The notes beneath the pieces are model-generated. The model saw nothing but the letters and a program-made list of their open reading frames with translations. It was not told the DNA's origin and made no database searches. From Gaiellaceae bacterium (lineage in GTDB: Bacteria; Actinomycetota; Thermoleophilia; Gaiellales; Gaiellaceae), in the NCBI GenBank assembly GCA_050698195.1, contig JBOHBD010000309.1, forward strand, positions 1 to 27,625: a stretch of 27,625 bases of DNA, in the 5' to 3' direction. Each line of letters begins with the position of its first letter. The first letter of the stretch is position 1. The position numbers were made by a program, and so were the translations under genes. This document shows, piece after piece, positions 24,333 through 27,625 of the stretch.

Positions 24333-25367
24333 TCAGCCGCGGATGGCCGCGCTCGCGTCGCGCACGAGATCGCGGACGATCTCGGAGGCCGGCTTGACGT
24401 CGTCCACGACGCTGCACGACTCGCCCGCCCACATCGGCGGGTAGTCGATGTCGCCGTCGAAGTCGGGGGTGATCATCCCGACCGCGTAGCGTGGCCAGTC
24501 GATGCGTTTCCCGGAGACGTGTGTCCGTGTGCCCACGATCGTCCCCTCGCCGGGCCGCGCACCGGAGGGAGGCCGCCCGGCGGCATCCCACTCGTCGAAG
24601 GTCCTGTTGCGAAGCGTCCGGTGCGGCGCGTCGGGCCACCAGACGTCGTAGAGATCGGCTGTGTAGACCGTGTCCGCCCCCACGCTCGAGACGATGCGAC
24701 GCTTGTACTCGGGATGGACGTTCGCCTCGTCGCTCGCGACGAAACGCGTTCCGAGCGAGACGCCCTGGGCTCCGGCGAGGAGCGCGCGAGCGAGCCCCGC
24801 GCCGTCTCCGATACCGCCCGAGGCGATCACAGGCACCGGCGCGATCGCCTCGACGGTGGAGGGGAGGAGCTCCCAGATCGGGATGCTGCCCCGAACGTGG
24901 CCGCCTGCCTCGATGCCTTGGGCGATCACGGCGTCGACTCCGGCCTCGACGGCCGAGCGTGCTTCCTCGAGCGAGCCGACCTGGATCAGCACCTTCACGC
25001 CGTTCGCGTGCGGCTCCTCCACGTAGGGGCTCGGGTCACCCCAGAAGAGGACAATCGCCGCGGCTCCCTCACCCATCGCGGCCCGGATCTGCTCCTGGAT
25101 GAACCGCCGGTCCTCGTCGACGTTCGCGGGGTCCTCTTCGATGATGAGGTTGATCCCGAACGGGCGGTCGGTCAGCGTCCGCGTACGCCGGCTCTCGGCA
25201 CGGATCGCATCCGGCGGCACGCCACTTGCACCGAGGACTCCGAATCCGCCTGCATTGGAGACTGCTGCGACCAGCTCGGCGCGCGCCCCCGACCCGAAGC
25301 CGACCGAGAGCACGGGGTACTCGATGCCCAGCTCGTGACAGAGCGGCGTTCGCAGGTCGATCGCCAC
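24333..25367 (-). CDS. Nitronate monooxygenase family (2-nitropropane dioxygenase-like) flavin oxidoreductase
   Basis: LGIEYPVL, LVAAVSNAGGFG, PFGINL, QGIEAGGH, PVIASGGIGDG, GTRFVAS and MWAGES. AATAAT 6 nt before the GTG suggests a leaderless start. Confidence 0.92.
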   Translation of the reverse strand: MAIDLRTPLCHELGIEYPVLSVGFGSGARAELVAAVSNAGGFGVLGASGVPPDAIRAESRRTRTLTDRPFGINLIIEEDPANVDEDRRFIQEQIRAAMGEGAAAIVLFWGDPSPYVEEPHANGVKVLIQVGSLEEARSAVEAGVDAVIAQGIEAGGHVRGSIPIWELLPSTVEAIAPVPVIASGGIGDGAGLARALLAGAQGVSLGTRFVASDEANVHPEYKRRIVSSVGADTVYTADLYDVWWPDAPHRTLRNRTFDEWDAAGRPPSGARPGEGTIVGTRTHVSGKRIDWPRYAVGMITPDFDGDIDYPPMWAGESCSVVDDVKPASEIVRDLVRDASAAIRG

Positions 25368-25382
25368 TGACCGATTATTGCG

Positions 25383-25526
25383 CCGGCCGGCGAGATCCGC
25401 GGCCAGATCGCGGCCGTCCCGCCGAGCCTCACCGGCGGCTCGGGTTCCGGGGGCAGCGGGTCGCCTCCGTCCCCGCCGGGCGACCCATACCCGTAGACCG
25501 TCCGCGGGGACTCCACTCGACGAGCG
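25383..25526 (+). pseudogene. Direct repeat copy 2: orphan 3' fragment of a CHRD gene
   Basis: Translates as PAGEIRGQIAAVPPSLTGGSGSGGSGSPPSPPGDPYP* (TAG 25494-25496) and has no 5' part. Confidence 0.85.
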
Positions 25527-25675
25527 GGCACCACGTCTGAGACGCGGTCATGTGGATCGCGGAGCGGGCGGAACGTGGTCGGCACAAGACCAGGTGACAG
25601 CGCCGCTGCCGCCGTCGCGTCCCCTACGCGATCTCGGCCCGGATTGCATCCCGTTCGGGCCGCCGCGGCGCCGGC

Positions 25676-26134
25676 TCAGTAACCGAAGTCTTCGCCCGTG
25701 CCCTCGGCCTGTTCTTCGATAGGCGCGCAGGCGACCGAGATGTCGCTCTCGGCTGCCGACTTGTGCGCATGGATCACGAGCCCGCCCTGCTGGAGGCTCT
25801 CGACGGACATGTCCGTCTCTGTCTCCGACCTGCCGCCTTCGACACTCACCAGCGCGACGACGGCATCGCCGAGGTCGTCGCAGGTGCCGCTGTGTACGTG
25901 CGCCGGCTGAGAGACGTCGCTGGGATTCGTCAGCTCGAGGACGATCCTCGTCCGACCTCCCTCGAGAGGAGTGAACGTTGCCGTGCCCGATTGCGCGGAC
26001 ACGTCTTGCTCGGCCAGCTGAACCCTGAGCTCTTCGTCGGCCCCCGCCTGCTCCTCGTCCGAGCCGCCGCCGCACCCGACGACCAGCACGCACGCCGCGG
26101 CTACGGAAGCGAGGGCGATCCACTTGCTCCACAT
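25676..26134 (-). CDS. CHRD-like (His/Cys-motif) lipoprotein
   Basis: GGAGG RBS and lipobox VVGC, with SGTATF, QPAHVHSGTC, VIHAHKS and VAC motifs resembling CHRD or Cu/Zn-SOD-like beta-sandwiches. Confidence 0.75.
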   Translation of the reverse strand: MWSKWIALASVAAACVLVVGCGGGSDEEQAGADEELRVQLAEQDVSAQSGTATFTPLEGGRTRIVLELTNPSDVSQPAHVHSGTCDDLGDAVVALVSVEGGRSETETDMSVESLQQGGLVIHAHKSAAESDISVACAPIEEQAEGTGEDFGY

Positions 26135-26168
26135 CGCTACCTCCGAGGATCGATGCCCGTCCTCTGGG

Positions 26169-26199
26169 TCCTAGGAGGTGGCGTCGGAATCGGTTTGCC
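26169..26199 (-). promoter_or_regulatory. Putative ECF-sigma promoter GGCAAAC-N17-CCTAGGA of the lipoprotein gene
   Basis: Matches 23273..23303 in both boxes and in spacing; ends about 35 nt before the ATG. Confidence 0.6.
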
Positions 26200-26413
26200 G
26201 CCGACGCACGGGCGTCGCCGAGGCGCGCCGCGCCTACGCCTGGTCTTGCGGCTTTCCCACACTGAACCCGATGCGTGCGCGCGTCGCTCCCGTCGTCCTG
26301 CACACGTCAGCCGTGCTGCACAGCTACGGCGCCGACACGTTCCTCCCCCCGCACATGGAAGCGGAATCCCGACTGTTGAGTAGATCCGGAGGATCTGCAG
26401 CACGAGCACGCGG

Positions 26414-26446
26414 ATGTCGATGGGCGGAACTTTGCCTCGCGCAACC
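26414..26446 (+). repeat. Short direct repeat upstream of the GNAT gene
   Basis: Exact 15-mer CGATGGGCGGAACTT (26418-26432) plus GC and GCGCAA matches to 27308..27342. Confidence 0.6.
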
Positions 26447-26530
26447 AACTGACGCTGACTGCGGAAGCGCTCCGCGTCGGCTAGCGTCCCCCGTGCCCTG
26501 GAACCATCGATACAGACGCGAGCCGATCGG

Positions 26531-27280
26531 TTGCACGCGGCCGTCTCGAGGACCTTCGAGGGGTTCTATGCCGCCGTCGACGAAGCGAGCTTCGAGCGCC
26601 GCGCCGGTCACGCGCGGCTGTTGTTCCCGTCCGTTCCGATCCGCGTCTTCAACGGCGTCGTCGTGGAATCGGACTCGTGCCCAGGGATCGCCGATTCCAT
26701 CAGCGAGGTGGAGGAGCGCGGCCTCCCCTGCGGCGTGCAGGTGCGCGCGGCGAGGCACCGTGACGTGGAAGAGGAAGCCGTGGGGCTCGGTCTCACCACG
26801 CGGGTACCGATGCCAGGAATGGCGGTGTCGCCCGATGAGCTCGCTCACGCGCGAGCTCCGCGCCTCGAGATCGTCCGCGTCGACGACGAGGGGGGACTGG
26901 CTGATGCGGCGAAGGTCGCAGCCGCGGGAGGGGGCGTGCCTCTGGAGTTCATGCTGCCGCTGTACGCGCCGGGAGTCTTGGAGCTCGCCGGTTTCGCGGT
27001 CCACGTCGGCCGCGTCGACGGCGAGCCGGTGACGACCGCGATGGGTTATCAGACGGACAAAGACGTCGCGATCTTCAGCGTCGCCACTCCCCCGGAGCAT
27101 CGCCGCCGTGGCTTCGGCGGCGCGATAACGGCGCATGCAGCCCGCGCGGCGTTCGACGACGGGGCCGATTTGGCGTGGCTGCAGACGAGCGAGATGGGCG
27201 AGTCTGTCTACCGTGGGCTCGGATTCCGTCACGTGGAGATGCACTTCATGCTCGCGCGGCCGAGCCCGCAGCTCCCGTAG
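26531..27280 (+). CDS. GNAT family N-acetyltransferase
   Basis: IFSVATPPEHRRRGFGGAIT (acetyl-CoA motif A) and AWLQTSEMGESVYRGLGF. The start could be CTG 26498. Confidence 0.9.
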   Translation: MHAAVSRTFEGFYAAVDEASFERRAGHARLLFPSVPIRVFNGVVVESDSCPGIADSISEVEERGLPCGVQVRAARHRDVEEEAVGLGLTTRVPMPGMAVSPDELAHARAPRLEIVRVDDEGGLADAAKVAAAGGGVPLEFMLPLYAPGVLELAGFAVHVGRVDGEPVTTAMGYQTDKDVAIFSVATPPEHRRRGFGGAITAHAARAAFDDGADLAWLQTSEMGESVYRGLGFRHVEMHFMLARPSPQLP

Positions 27281-27307
27281 GTGACGGTAGACCCTGCTCG
27301 CAGCACC

Positions 27308-27342
27308 TTGTCCGATGGGCGGAACTTGGCAGTGCGCAAACC
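27308..27342 (+). repeat. Short direct repeat downstream of the GNAT gene
   Basis: CGATGGGCGGAACTT at 27313-27327, followed by GGC-AGT-GCGCAA. Confidence 0.6.
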
Positions 27343-27546
27343 GGGGCTCCTCGTGGCGGCTGAGCCGTTGAGGATCGGCTGATGTCGCGGCCCACCGGCG
27401 ATCGACGCGTGGCCGTGCGCCGTGAGGCACCATGCCCGTCCGCCCGCGCACGACGCACTGCCGAGCACCCGACCCGCCGTCGCGTCATGTGTCAGTGCCG
27501 CATCGGGTAAGGTCAGCCGGACGTATAGCGCCGAAGGGGGTATCCA

Positions 27547-27585
27547 ATGCACGCAGTGGTCGCTAGGAGCACGCTTCACGAGTAG
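27547..27585 (+). other. 12-codon ORF MHAVVARSTLHE* with a strong RBS; truncated gene remnant or micropeptide
   Basis: AAGGGGG 6 nt before the ATG and a TAAGGT -10-like hexamer further upstream. Confidence 0.35.
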
Positions 27586-27625
27586 CGTCCCCGCTCGTGG
27601 TGTACGAGCGACCTGAGGTGAGCTC

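Noticed and set aside
26178..27032. 284-aa plus-strand ORF overlapping the GNAT
   Set aside because: Out-of-frame overlap with a clear GNAT, Arg/Ser-rich composition, and its start lies in the lipoprotein promoter region.
26414..27342. Repeats as a CRISPR array or integron attC sites
   Set aside because: Spacing is about 900 bp, there is no cas or intI gene, and no RYYYAAC...GTTRRRY paired structure is evident.

Overview
High-GC (roughly 70% by eye) bacterial DNA. The gene content suggests an Actinomycetota genome, possibly Thermoleophilia/Gaiellales, but that is an inference. 1-19.9 kb is a densely packed surface-glycan locus of about 20 genes whose orientation keeps switching. It holds six GT2, two GT4, one GT14 and one GT-C/ArnT-like glycosyltransferases, a Wzm/Wzt ABC exporter, two methyltransferases, a CelD/BcsL-type GNAT, a polysaccharide deacetylase, a pyruvyl transferase, a sulfotransferase, a flippase-like membrane protein and the end of a LamG-domain gene. 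The locus sits directly downstream of ybaB, where recR is normally found. 20-23.1 kb is core: ybaB, dnaX, an inserted hypothetical membrane protein and a large, Alu-domain-containing SRP RNA. 23.3-27.6 kb is a small accessory patch with a tandem-CHRD secreted protein, a nitronate monooxygenase bracketed by a duplicated CHRD 3' end, a CHRD-like lipoprotein and a GNAT bracketed by short direct repeats. The two CHRD-type genes share an identically spaced ECF-sigma-like promoter motif, GGCAAAC-N17-C(G/C)TAGGA. No CRISPR array, intact transposase or integrase was seen.
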